A model generated the notes under the pieces. That model was not told where the DNA came from. It was given only the letters and a program-made list of their open reading frames with translations, and made no database searches. The position numbers and the translations under genes are program-made. Below are positions 55,779 through 64,000 of a DNA stretch of 64,000 nucleotides, one piece after another. This DNA is from Spirochaetales bacterium (lineage in GTDB: Bacteria > Spirochaetota > Spirochaetia > SZUA-6 > RPPD01). Each line of letters begins with the position of its first letter. Positions within the stretch are counted from its first letter, which is position 1. The stretch lies in contig JAFGJO010000034.1 in NCBI GenBank assembly GCA_016929065.1, positions 691 through 64,690 on the forward strand, read 5' to 3'.

Positions 55779-56966
55779 TTAAGTCCCGTTTTTAGAATTC
55801 TTTTTTTTCATCAGCCGTGCCTTGGTAATATTGACCCCGGCATATTTGTTCCGGATGGTATATACGGCTTTCTCGAGTTTTGTTGATTTATCGTCGGGCT
55901 GAACAAACAGTTCCGGCTGAATGAGTTCCTCATGCGTTGACACATTGGCGAGGCCCAGGCCGACGAGACGCAGCGGTGTTTTCTTGTCCCATTTTTTTTC
56001 CAGCAGCAGACATGCCTGACGGTACAGCTCCTCCGCGGAATTGATCCTGTTTTTAACGGTGTGCTGGGTTTGAACAGTTGAAAAATCCCAATACCGCAGT
56101 TTCAGCACTATGGTGGCAGCCTTCTTTTTTTGTTTCATGCAGCGGAACATGATTTCGTGCGAAAGCTGCAGAAGCATTTTTTTAATGTCTTGTGCGTTTC
56201 TGCAGTCCTCAGAAAAAGTCCGTTCGCTGCTGATCGATTGATGCTTCGGCTGTTCGGGATAAATCCCGGGATCTTTACCGTTGACCGCCGCATGGATATA
56301 TTCGGCACAGGCTCTACCCAATAATGCAGACAGAATTTCTCTTGAATATTCCCGGAGCTGGGGTATGGACATGATATTCAATTCATTCAGCCGCGCCAGT
56401 GTTTTTTGACCGATTCCCCACAAGTCTTTCAGGGCAAGGCTGTCAAGGAACCCGATCTCTTCACCCTGCAGCACCTCGTACAAGCCGTCCGGTTTGCAGT
56501 ATGAGGAAACCAGTTTTGCACAATACTTGTTTGGAGCAATTCCTATGGTAATGCACAGCCCGAGTTTGTCCTGAACGGCATTTTTTATTGTTTCTGCAAT
56601 TGTCCAGGGTGTGCCCATAAGCCGTTCGGTCCCGGTCATTTCAAGAAAGGCTTCATCAATCGATATCTGGTGCATTCGCGGTGTAAACTCCTGAAGGATT
56701 CCCATGACCATTCCCGATACTTCGATATACCGGTCCATTCTTGCCGGAAGATATACTGCCTGGGGACATTTTCTGAATGCCTGGGATATCGGCATGGCGG
56801 AATGAATGCCGAATTTTCTGGCTTCGTAGGAGCAGGCAGCCACAACACCGCGCTGTCCCGGAAGTGCGCCGACAATGGTTGGTATGCCCTTTAACGCGGG
56901 ATTATCGGCCTGTTCAACAGAGGTGAAGAATGCATCAAGGTCAGCGTGGAAAAATACGGTTTTCAT
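55779..56966 (-). CDS. dinB: DNA polymerase IV (Y-family)
   Basis: HADLDAFFTSVE, SYEARKFG, SIDEAF, KPDG, LWGIG. Confidence 0.95.
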   Translation of the reverse strand: MKTVFFHADLDAFFTSVEQADNPALKGIPTIVGALPGQRGVVAACSYEARKFGIHSAMPISQAFRKCPQAVYLPARMDRYIEVSGMVMGILQEFTPRMHQISIDEAFLEMTGTERLMGTPWTIAETIKNAVQDKLGLCITIGIAPNKYCAKLVSSYCKPDGLYEVLQGEEIGFLDSLALKDLWGIGQKTLARLNELNIMSIPQLREYSREILSALLGRACAEYIHAAVNGKDPGIYPEQPKHQSISSERTFSEDCRNAQDIKKMLLQLSHEIMFRCMKQKKKAATIVLKLRYWDFSTVQTQHTVKNRINSAEELYRQACLLLEKKWDKKTPLRLVGLGLANVSTHEELIQPELFVQPDDKSTKLEKAVYTIRNKYAGVNITKARLMKKKNSKNGT

Positions 56967-56977
56967 TTCAATATATA

Positions 56978-59197
56978 TTATAGGTCAAAATGAATTGTTT
57001 TTTTGAAAATCAATGTATAATTTGTGTTCAGCGATTCGCCGGTAAGATCGAGAGTATCCGGGGGAGTTTTATACCGCATCGTGACCGAGAAGTCATAGAC
57101 ATTCCCCGGAGGAAGTGTCATTTCGATAGATGTGTTTTTCGGAGGATTGGCTCCAATGTGTATCCGGTACAGATTCGCTTCTTCAGATTTTGAAAATGGA
57201 AAATTTGCATCATAGAGTACGAACGGGGTTGGTGAGCTGAGTACGCACTCAATAATCTGCGGTTCTCCCTCCGGGAAAAGCTGGATCGATATATTTATCC
57301 GGTTCAAAAAACTTTTTTTCGTCAGACGGGAAGAAAAATAATCATGTGTTCCCGGGAGTGACAGGGAATATTCACGTGAATTGACCCGGACAGTTCCGGA
57401 AAAATCTTCTTCATTCAACTGCATGACCGGCAGCCGCACCGGACTGGAAAATGAAAGAAAGTGACGGTTCGTGTCATTATCAACTGTCCGGGTGATGGTA
57501 ATTGGCGCTGGATTGTCCGCTGAATAAGGCGAATATATGAACATCACCGAGATGGCGGCTGTACAAACCAGCAGAAACAATCCTGAAAAAATAATGGTTC
57601 TTGAGGAAAACAGAAACTTTGCATGGTACCGGAACAGTAGTCGAATGCGGATCAATAAAAGTACAAAAGGCAGGATGATTACTGCGATCAGCAAATTTCC
57701 CGCGATTTTGTCAAATAATATAATTTCACAGAATCGATACTGGGGAATGGCAAAAATATCATAGAGTATCCCGATGATAAGAATCGGTGAAAACAGAAAA
57801 AACAGGATTTTGAGAAAACGTTTTCTCATAAGGGTAAACAGGATGATAAAGATCAGCGCCCAGATAAAATAATAAGAAAATGAAATATTAATCATCGAAA
57901 TGATGATGAGGCTTAGAATGGTGAAAAAGAGAGCAGTGACAGAAAAGAAACTGCCGTTTTTGGAAAACGGTGTGCCCTGCAGCAGTTTCACAATAATCGC
58001 ACTGAAAAACAAAAATATGGCTACCTTTAAAATCAGGAACAGTCCGGGGAGGTACTTCCACAATAGCGGAACATCCCGGAGAACAAGCAGGCCCTCAAGA
58101 ATATATGTCGTGATTAAAAGCAGGACAAAACTGATGATAAAAATAAGAGGAATATTCCAGAGGTTTTTGACCAGGGTGAGATAGTATTTCCGAATCATCC
58201 GACGGCGTATAAATGCGGCAAGAATGAAAATGAAAAAAAGAATGGAGACAATAACGATATATTCTGTCTCGGGGAATATCACAGTCATAATCGAATTCTG
58301 AATGAAAAGGTAATGCTGATCCCAGTCAATGGGAATATCCTGCTGAAAAGATTTGGAAAAATCAATAATTGCTTTTCTGATTTTCAACACAGACATTTCA
58401 TCCGTTGTGCCAGCAGAAGCTGACGATGTATTGCTCAGACTGATTGCAGGATATTCTTTCCGTAAAAACGGTTCAATAACGGTTTTTTCATCAGTCAGGC
58501 CGGTTCTGTACATCTGGTTTTCAGCGTGGGAATTGAGAAATGAGACGCTGTTTTTCTGCAGAGAATCCACCAGACGACTGACGATCCATGCAGGTGACAG
58601 TCTGTTTCTGCTGCCGGTATCGATGTTGACAGAATTCGGGATGCTTTGAAAATTCAGATACAAAAACGCATGCGGTGACTCCGGATAAAACGAATCAAGA
58701 AAAAGATTGCTCCCCAGCGGATATTGCTTTGTCGGGCCAAACTCGGCTCCAAGGAACAGTATTTTTACAGAAACCGGAGGAGTATTCGTACTGAAATATT
58801 TACACAAAGACAACGCAAGTGCGATATTGAAGGAGTATGCGTTCTTTTTCAATTCAACTTCTGATGGAGTATTAATAGGGATACAAATGACCAGCGTCTC
58901 ATTTTTTATTCCCGGGATGGTTGCCTCAATATTTCTGGAAAAAGAATGGCTGTTCTTTGATTTTGCAAAAGACAGGGAAGAATACGGAATCTCAAGCAGG
59001 GTGAGCCGTGTTTCGATGAAATTAATGAGTGTTTTTTCCCCCTTTGAACCTTCAGAATACGGGAAGAGCGATTGCATAAATTGAATATCTGTAATAATAT
59101 CTTTATACAAATCATGCAGGTCCGGTTCACAAAACGTGGTCTGCACCGGGAGAATGAACAGCGAAATAACAAGTAAATACAGGATTCTGTGTTTCAT
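56978..59197 (-). CDS. Multi-pass membrane protein with a degenerate M28 peptidase-like extracytoplasmic domain
   Basis: Signal/TM, SRNIEATIPG..LVICIP, VKILFLGAEFG..LGS, then about 8 TMs; start placed at ATG 59197. Confidence 0.6.
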   Translation of the reverse strand: MKHRILYLLVISLFILPVQTTFCEPDLHDLYKDIITDIQFMQSLFPYSEGSKGEKTLINFIETRLTLLEIPYSSLSFAKSKNSHSFSRNIEATIPGIKNETLVICIPINTPSEVELKKNAYSFNIALALSLCKYFSTNTPPVSVKILFLGAEFGPTKQYPLGSNLFLDSFYPESPHAFLYLNFQSIPNSVNIDTGSRNRLSPAWIVSRLVDSLQKNSVSFLNSHAENQMYRTGLTDEKTVIEPFLRKEYPAISLSNTSSASAGTTDEMSVLKIRKAIIDFSKSFQQDIPIDWDQHYLFIQNSIMTVIFPETEYIVIVSILFFIFILAAFIRRRMIRKYYLTLVKNLWNIPLIFIISFVLLLITTYILEGLLVLRDVPLLWKYLPGLFLILKVAIFLFFSAIIVKLLQGTPFSKNGSFFSVTALFFTILSLIIISMINISFSYYFIWALIFIILFTLMRKRFLKILFFLFSPILIIGILYDIFAIPQYRFCEIILFDKIAGNLLIAVIILPFVLLLIRIRLLFRYHAKFLFSSRTIIFSGLFLLVCTAAISVMFIYSPYSADNPAPITITRTVDNDTNRHFLSFSSPVRLPVMQLNEEDFSGTVRVNSREYSLSLPGTHDYFSSRLTKKSFLNRINISIQLFPEGEPQIIECVLSSPTPFVLYDANFPFSKSEEANLYRIHIGANPPKNTSIEMTLPPGNVYDFSVTMRYKTPPDTLDLTGESLNTNYTLIFKKTIHFDL

Positions 59198-59334
59198 GGC
59201 GTGTATAGAATAGGATACAAGCGGAACTGCGTCAAGAAGGGGTCCCGCACCTTGTCCTGTACTGCGATATACACACGAAATTGCATAATCGAAAAAAGAA
59301 ATGAATAAGAAAAACAAGTACAGGGGGAGAGCAA

Positions 59335-59844
59335 ATGGAGATACTCCCGGAAATACTGGGCCGAAAGAGTATTCGAAAGTTTAAATCTACTCCGATAAAA
59401 AAGGAAATTCTTAATCGAATTGTCGATGCGGGTGTCCGCGCTCCTTCAGCCAAAAACCGGCAAGAGTGGAGATTCATTGTCATTCAAAAAGAGGATTTAA
59501 GAAAAAAAATCCAGGATGCGGCATTTGGTCAGGAATATGTCGGCCAGGCACCCGCGATCATTGCCGCGTGTACAACCAATATTGATTACCGGATGCCCAA
59601 CGGCCAGTTGTCGTATCCTGTTGATTTGTCGATTGCGATGTCATTTATGATGCTTCAGGCAGTTCATGAGGGCATGGGAACGTGCTGTATTACCACATTT
59701 GATGAGCAGGAAATAAAAGAACTGTTTACTGTTCCTTTCTCGATGCGTGTGGTAATGCTTCTTCTGATCGGGGCGCCTGACGAAGATCCGGAACAATCAG
59801 CCAGAAAACCTGTAAAGCGTGTTGTTTCATTTGATCATTGGTAA
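59335..59844 (+). CDS. Nitroreductase family protein
   Basis: RKSIRKF, APSAKNRQEWRF, LQAVHEGMGTC. Confidence 0.92.
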   Translation: MEILPEILGRKSIRKFKSTPIKKEILNRIVDAGVRAPSAKNRQEWRFIVIQKEDLRKKIQDAAFGQEYVGQAPAIIAACTTNIDYRMPNGQLSYPVDLSIAMSFMMLQAVHEGMGTCCITTFDEQEIKELFTVPFSMRVVMLLLIGAPDEDPEQSARKPVKRVVSFDHW

Positions 59845-60089
59845 ATTGTGTTGTAATTATTGCAATAATTATGCAGAATATGAAAAGAGTATTCATTGAA
59901 AAACAGAAATATTGAAGGTAAAAAAAGTTTAAAAATATATATCTAAATGCCTTCATTTAAAATGATTTTTGAACGAAAATTAAATTATGGCTCACAAAAG
60001 GCAGGGGAATAAAAACCTTGCACGAAAACGGGCATGCTTGTACAATACAGTCAGGTTAGGGTTCTTAAAGAACAATTGGTAAAAAAAAG

Positions 60090-61256
60090 ATGAGTTTGAA
60101 AGAAAAAAAACCATTCATCAGTCTCCCCCTGAAAATCGTTCTGACAAGCGATGGTATTAATTTCTTTATCAAACACAATAAAAAACTCACCCGATTCAAG
60201 ATGGCGGATAACATCGAAGAATACGGTATATCACTTGATAATTTCGCGCCGCCATCCATTCAGAGAATGATTCTTGTCAATTATATATCAAAACTGGAGT
60301 TGTCACGAAGCGAGTTTGTTTCCAAACGGCATGAAATAATGGATCTGTCAAAACTGGTGGTTTTCAGTATTCTTTACAAACAACTGGATGATGCTGTATT
60401 CCGCAAGGTCATTAATTCCGATCTGATTAAAAAATGGAACAGGGTAAAACCGAGTTTTATTATTGATGAAAGAACAAAGATAAATGATACATATCTTGAG
60501 AGTATCCTCACCAAGGATCCGACGATTGTGCAGGAAGTAAAACGTGAAATACTTTCCAATTTGTTCGAACAGATCAAAATTGACAACAATCTGCTGCCGG
60601 ATGAGAAAACAACAAAAATTTATATCCTGGATAAATATCTCATGAACATGAGGCCGTTTACATGGTTTATTCTGACCAAATTCAAGGGATCACAGGAATA
60701 TTATTCCCTGATCAGCCAGATTCGCGATCTGCTGAGGGAGTACCTTGAAAAATCAAAAATAGCGGAATATCTTTCCCTGATGATCATGGAACTGGCAATC
60801 AATGCCGAGAACGCAAACATGCAGGGATATATCAGACGCAACTACAAGGGAACAATCGACAGTGCTGAAATCCTGCATAATATAAATCTACGAAACAGGA
60901 TTCTTTCAGAGATGGAACAGGCGAATGAAACCATTTATATTTCCTGGCATATGGGCGGAAAGAGCGGATCGATCGGCACAATGAACCGACTCCATATTAC
61001 CATTTTCAACCGCGAATCGGAATACCGGGAGCTCAAACAAAGTGTGGAAAACAAGAAAATCCTCGATTTGAAGGAACGGAGCCTCACGGAATTCTACCGA
61101 AGCATCCCGGAGCAGGAAATAAACACCGAGCTGGGTTTGTATTATCTGTCATACCTCAGTGAAGCATGCGAAAAGGTCAATGTACGCTTCGATTCAATCG
61201 TCAATGTTTTACGGAACAGTGATCTGACTGTTATAACATTGAAACTTCATTTTTAA
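60090..61256 (+). CDS. Hypothetical cytoplasmic protein, possible degenerate GHKL-type C-terminus
   Basis: Long clean ORF; MELAINAE and ELGLYYL resemble N-box and G2-box. Confidence 0.7.
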   Translation: MSLKEKKPFISLPLKIVLTSDGINFFIKHNKKLTRFKMADNIEEYGISLDNFAPPSIQRMILVNYISKLELSRSEFVSKRHEIMDLSKLVVFSILYKQLDDAVFRKVINSDLIKKWNRVKPSFIIDERTKINDTYLESILTKDPTIVQEVKREILSNLFEQIKIDNNLLPDEKTTKIYILDKYLMNMRPFTWFILTKFKGSQEYYSLISQIRDLLREYLEKSKIAEYLSLMIMELAINAENANMQGYIRRNYKGTIDSAEILHNINLRNRILSEMEQANETIYISWHMGGKSGSIGTMNRLHITIFNRESEYRELKQSVENKKILDLKERSLTEFYRSIPEQEINTELGLYYLSYLSEACEKVNVRFDSIVNVLRNSDLTVITLKLHF

Positions 61257-62363
61257 TCAGCTTCCGGTATTTGCATCCAGAGAATAAGAAATATTTTCAT
61301 GTTCCTGTCTGTAATGTTCCATTCCGAATTCGATGACTGCATCAATCAATTTCGAGTATTCAAGTCCTCCGGCCTCGCACATTCGGGGAAACATGCTGAT
61401 GTGGGTGAAACCTGGAATGGTGTTTATTTCGTTCAGAAACACTTCTCCTGTGTGTTTGTCGAGAAAAAGGTCTACACGCGAGAAACCGGCCACTGTAGCG
61501 GCTTTATACGCGTCTGAGGCCATCTTTTTCACGGTATCGGCAACTTCTGGGGACAGATCGGCAGGGATGCACAGGGATGCGCCGTCTGGATCAAGATATT
61601 TCGCGTCATAGCTGTAAAACTCATGTTTCGGAATAACTTCGCCGGGAGTGAAGACAACCGGATTGTCATTGCCGATTACCGCACATTCAATTTCACGGGC
61701 ATTGATGGCCTTCTCAACAAGGACTCTTGAATCATAACTGAAGGCAAGCTGGAGGCCGGCATGAAGGGATTCCCTGTCGGTTGCTTTTGAAACGCCGACA
61801 GACGAACCGGCGCGTATCGGTTTAATAAAGCAGGGATATGAAAATGATGATTCAACCGATGATTGAATTGTCCCCGGATTTTGCTGGTATTCTGCCTTTC
61901 TGATTTCCAGAAAATCCACTACCGGAATGCCGGCATCGCGGAAAATGCGCTTTGCCAGTGTTTTATCCATACACACCGCACTTGCACATGTTCCTGCTCC
62001 TGCATAGGGGATCGAAAACAGGTCGAGCATTCCCTGCAGGGTACCGTCCTCACCGTATGTACCATGGAGAATCGGCAGGATAAAATCAATATGAAGAGGC
62101 TTGTTTTTGAAAGAAAAACCTTCACCGGGGATCAAATTAATCGGTTCTGGGTTATCAATGATTTCAAGCATTTCACCACGTGCAGGATGAGTGCTGTATA
62201 CAAGCGGGGGCTGAACATGCCAGGTACCGTTTTTTTGTATCCCGATATACAGCAAATGATACTTATCCTTGCTGATGTGACGGCTGATCGATGCAGCAGA
62301 CTGACAGGAAACCTCATGTTCGCCTGATTTGCCGCCGTATAAAATACAAATTGTTTTTTTCAC
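61257..62363 (-). CDS. ddl: D-alanine--D-alanine ligase
   Basis: GGKSGEHEVS, LHGTYGEDG, MDK, GSSVG, FYSYDAKY, NEINTIPG. Confidence 0.97.
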   Translation of the reverse strand: MKKTICILYGGKSGEHEVSCQSAASISRHISKDKYHLLYIGIQKNGTWHVQPPLVYSTHPARGEMLEIIDNPEPINLIPGEGFSFKNKPLHIDFILPILHGTYGEDGTLQGMLDLFSIPYAGAGTCASAVCMDKTLAKRIFRDAGIPVVDFLEIRKAEYQQNPGTIQSSVESSFSYPCFIKPIRAGSSVGVSKATDRESLHAGLQLAFSYDSRVLVEKAINAREIECAVIGNDNPVVFTPGEVIPKHEFYSYDAKYLDPDGASLCIPADLSPEVADTVKKMASDAYKAATVAGFSRVDLFLDKHTGEVFLNEINTIPGFTHISMFPRMCEAGGLEYSKLIDAVIEFGMEHYRQEHENISYSLDANTGS

Positions 62364-62455
62364 AAAATCCTCCCCGAAATGAACGATATGCTTTCATGAT
62401 GAATTTTAATTGTGTTTTTACCATGGCTCTTGTGTGAAAAAAGCAGGGAAGTGGT

Positions 62456-62857
62456 TTAGTCTCTTCGCCTGTTCCGTTTGAAAAGCCTTCTAAAAAGACG
62501 TTTGAAAAAAGTGAGTATTCTGCGGAAAAACCCGGGATTTTTCAGTTTATCCAGCCGCTGGAATCCATACAGGATTTCATCCTGGGTCAAATTTGACCTT
62601 TGTACGTTTTCTTCCAGCTCAAGTTCCAGCATTTCTGCGTCTTCTTCCTTGTCAATGACGACCGCCTCGATAGTTGTCCATCCCAGGAATTGTGCTGCAG
62701 TAAGCCGCCGTTCGCCTGCAATGAGCTCATTATCCCTGTTGACGATAATCGGAGAGAGCTGTCCGTATTTTTTCATGCTGTCTGCAAGTGCCTCAATATC
62801 ATGAAATACCTTTCGGATACGTTTTCTGACTACAATTGATGCAATCTTGATTCTCAT
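62456..62857 (-). CDS. ParB/Srx N-terminal domain protein (no HTH)
   Basis: RIRK..IEALADSM..GQLSPI, IAGERRL, LEENVQRSNL; basic amphipathic C-terminus. Confidence 0.88.
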   Translation of the reverse strand: MRIKIASIVVRKRIRKVFHDIEALADSMKKYGQLSPIIVNRDNELIAGERRLTAAQFLGWTTIEAVVIDKEEDAEMLELELEENVQRSNLTQDEILYGFQRLDKLKNPGFFRRILTFFKRLFRRLFKRNRRRD

Positions 62858-62927
62858 ATTATTTAATTCCTTGAGCCACAGTATAATCCCAATTGATAAA
62901 AAGGTGAAGAGCAGGGAAGCAGGAAAA

Positions 62928-62966
62928 ATAAAATCCTGCAGAATTTATGTGCCTGCAGGATTTTAT
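62928..62966 (-). terminator. Hairpin downstream of the PBP gene
   Basis: ATAAAATCCTGCAG / CTGCAGGATTTTAT 14-bp perfect IR. Confidence 0.6.
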
Positions 62967-62984
62967 AAAACCAGATACAAATGG

Positions 62985-64000
62985 TCAGTCATCAAGCAGA
63001 TACTGACGCAGTGCTTCATCCTTCTCGATCTTGGCTTTATCGGGATCAGAATCCTCAACAGTGAGTCCCTTGTCAGGGTTTTTCTCGAATTCTTCGAAAC
63101 TCTTCGGCATGCTTCTCGGATCAGGAAGGCCTGAATCGGTGATGTCGGTTACTCCCGCTCCTTCGATGAAATTACGGTTGATGTTTTCGCCTCCGGCTGT
63201 TTCATGTATCCATAAATCCCTGTGATAGGAACATTCTGTTTCGGGAATATTGTCCTGGTAAAAGAGTTCATTTCGAATACGATCCTGCGGACAATACGGT
63301 GAAGGCAGCTGGCCTGAATCGCGGCACACCGCAACCTCGACAAGTGTATCCGGCTTTACCCATGTATGATTCTGCTGTATATGGCTGACCCATGCAGGGG
63401 GAAGATGCTGTTTCTGTGCGAGCAGTTCAACCATCCGCTGGGAAGATAAAGAGGAAACCGCCGGATTTTCGGAAAAAAGCGTACTATAAGTTTTATTTTG
63501 CTCCTGTTTTTCCTTGTCCATCTGCTTGTGTATCTCGTTCATAAAGGTACCCCAGGCAGGAGACGCAAGGCTCGCTCCGGTCCGGTTAATTCCCAGTGAA
63601 CCGCCTCCTTTGTCAAAACCGAACCAGACAGCAGTGGTATAATAGGGAGAAATACCTACTGTCCAGGCATCATGCCAGTTCTGAGTTGTTCCGGTTTTTC
63701 CGCCAAAAGGATATTTCATGTCATTGAGATTTTTTTTGGCAAAGCTGACGGTTCCGTATTCACCGGAACTGATCAGCATTGACTGCATCAGATATGCAGT
63801 TTCTGGCTTCATGAGCTGGGGAAGTCCCTGCTGCCGTAAATCTGCGAGACGTTTTTTCTCAAGATCGAGTATTACTTTTCCGTTTCTGTCTTTTACATAT
63901 AAAATACCAAGAGGAGTGACCCCCCGGCCGCCGTTGGAAAAGGCGGAAAAGGCCTGGCTCATTTTCAGCGGGGACGTGTTGACGACCCCAAGCGCCAAAG
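62985..64000 (-). CDS. Class A penicillin-binding protein (PBP1A-like), 3' part only; 5' end beyond the window
   Basis: ALG..SP, GKTGTTQNWHDAW, AVWFGFD, C-terminal Cys motif VCRDSG..CP..ECSYH. Confidence 0.88.
   Translation of the reverse strand, partial: LALGVVNTSPLKMSQAFSAFSNGGRGVTPLGILYVKDRNGKVILDLEKKRLADLRQQGLPQLMKPETAYLMQSMLISSGEYGTVSFAKKNLNDMKYPFGGKTGTTQNWHDAWTVGISPYYTTAVWFGFDKGGGSLGINRTGASLASPAWGTFMNEIHKQMDKEKQEQNKTYSTLFSENPAVSSLSSQRMVELLAQKQHLPPAWVSHIQQNHTWVKPDTLVEVAVCRDSGQLPSPYCPQDRIRNELFYQDNIPETECSYHRDLWIHETAGGENINRNFIEGAGVTDITDSGLPDPRSMPKSFEEFEKNPDKGLTVEDSDPDKAKIEKDEALRQYLLDD

Noticed and set aside
61257-62363. Van-type D-Ala-D-Lac ligase
   Set aside because: It retains the FYSYDAKY omega-loop Tyr typical of D-Ala-D-Ala ligases and has no van neighbours.

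Overview
A ~45% GC bacterial chromosomal segment, most consistent with a free-living spirochaete. This is inferred from the stand-alone groES, the recycling-type EF-G paralogue outside the str operon, CheX, the rplU-prp-rpmA-obg-nadD-yqeK-LCP-rsfS block and the ctc-pth-tilS-ftsH block. It is almost all housekeeping: purF-M-N-D, fusA paralogue, nucleoside salvage, JAB-DinG helicase, an RpoS-like sigma factor, ppdK, tsaD, apt, nadCAB, ispE, tRNA-Gln, HtrA-like protease, a two-component pair, a K+ channel, miaB, apgM, fused pyrF-pyrE, dinB, ddl and a partial PBP1A. I see no transposase, integrase, prophage or CRISPR array. Most noteworthy: (1) a near-consensus sigma54 promoter plus a candidate enhancer palindrome in front of the RpoS-like gene; (2) a dispersed family of 8-9-bp-periodic intergenic motifs, several beside accessory-looking genes; (3) an extremely acidic 122-aa protein; (4) a probable CUG start for pth; (5) a 51-aa Cys-rich ORF missed by the ORF track; (6) a K+ channel translationally coupled to a stand-alone cNMP-binding protein; (7) an intact Prp protease beside an L27 that lacks the usual cleavable extension. 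All calls come from motif recognition by eye; no searches were run.
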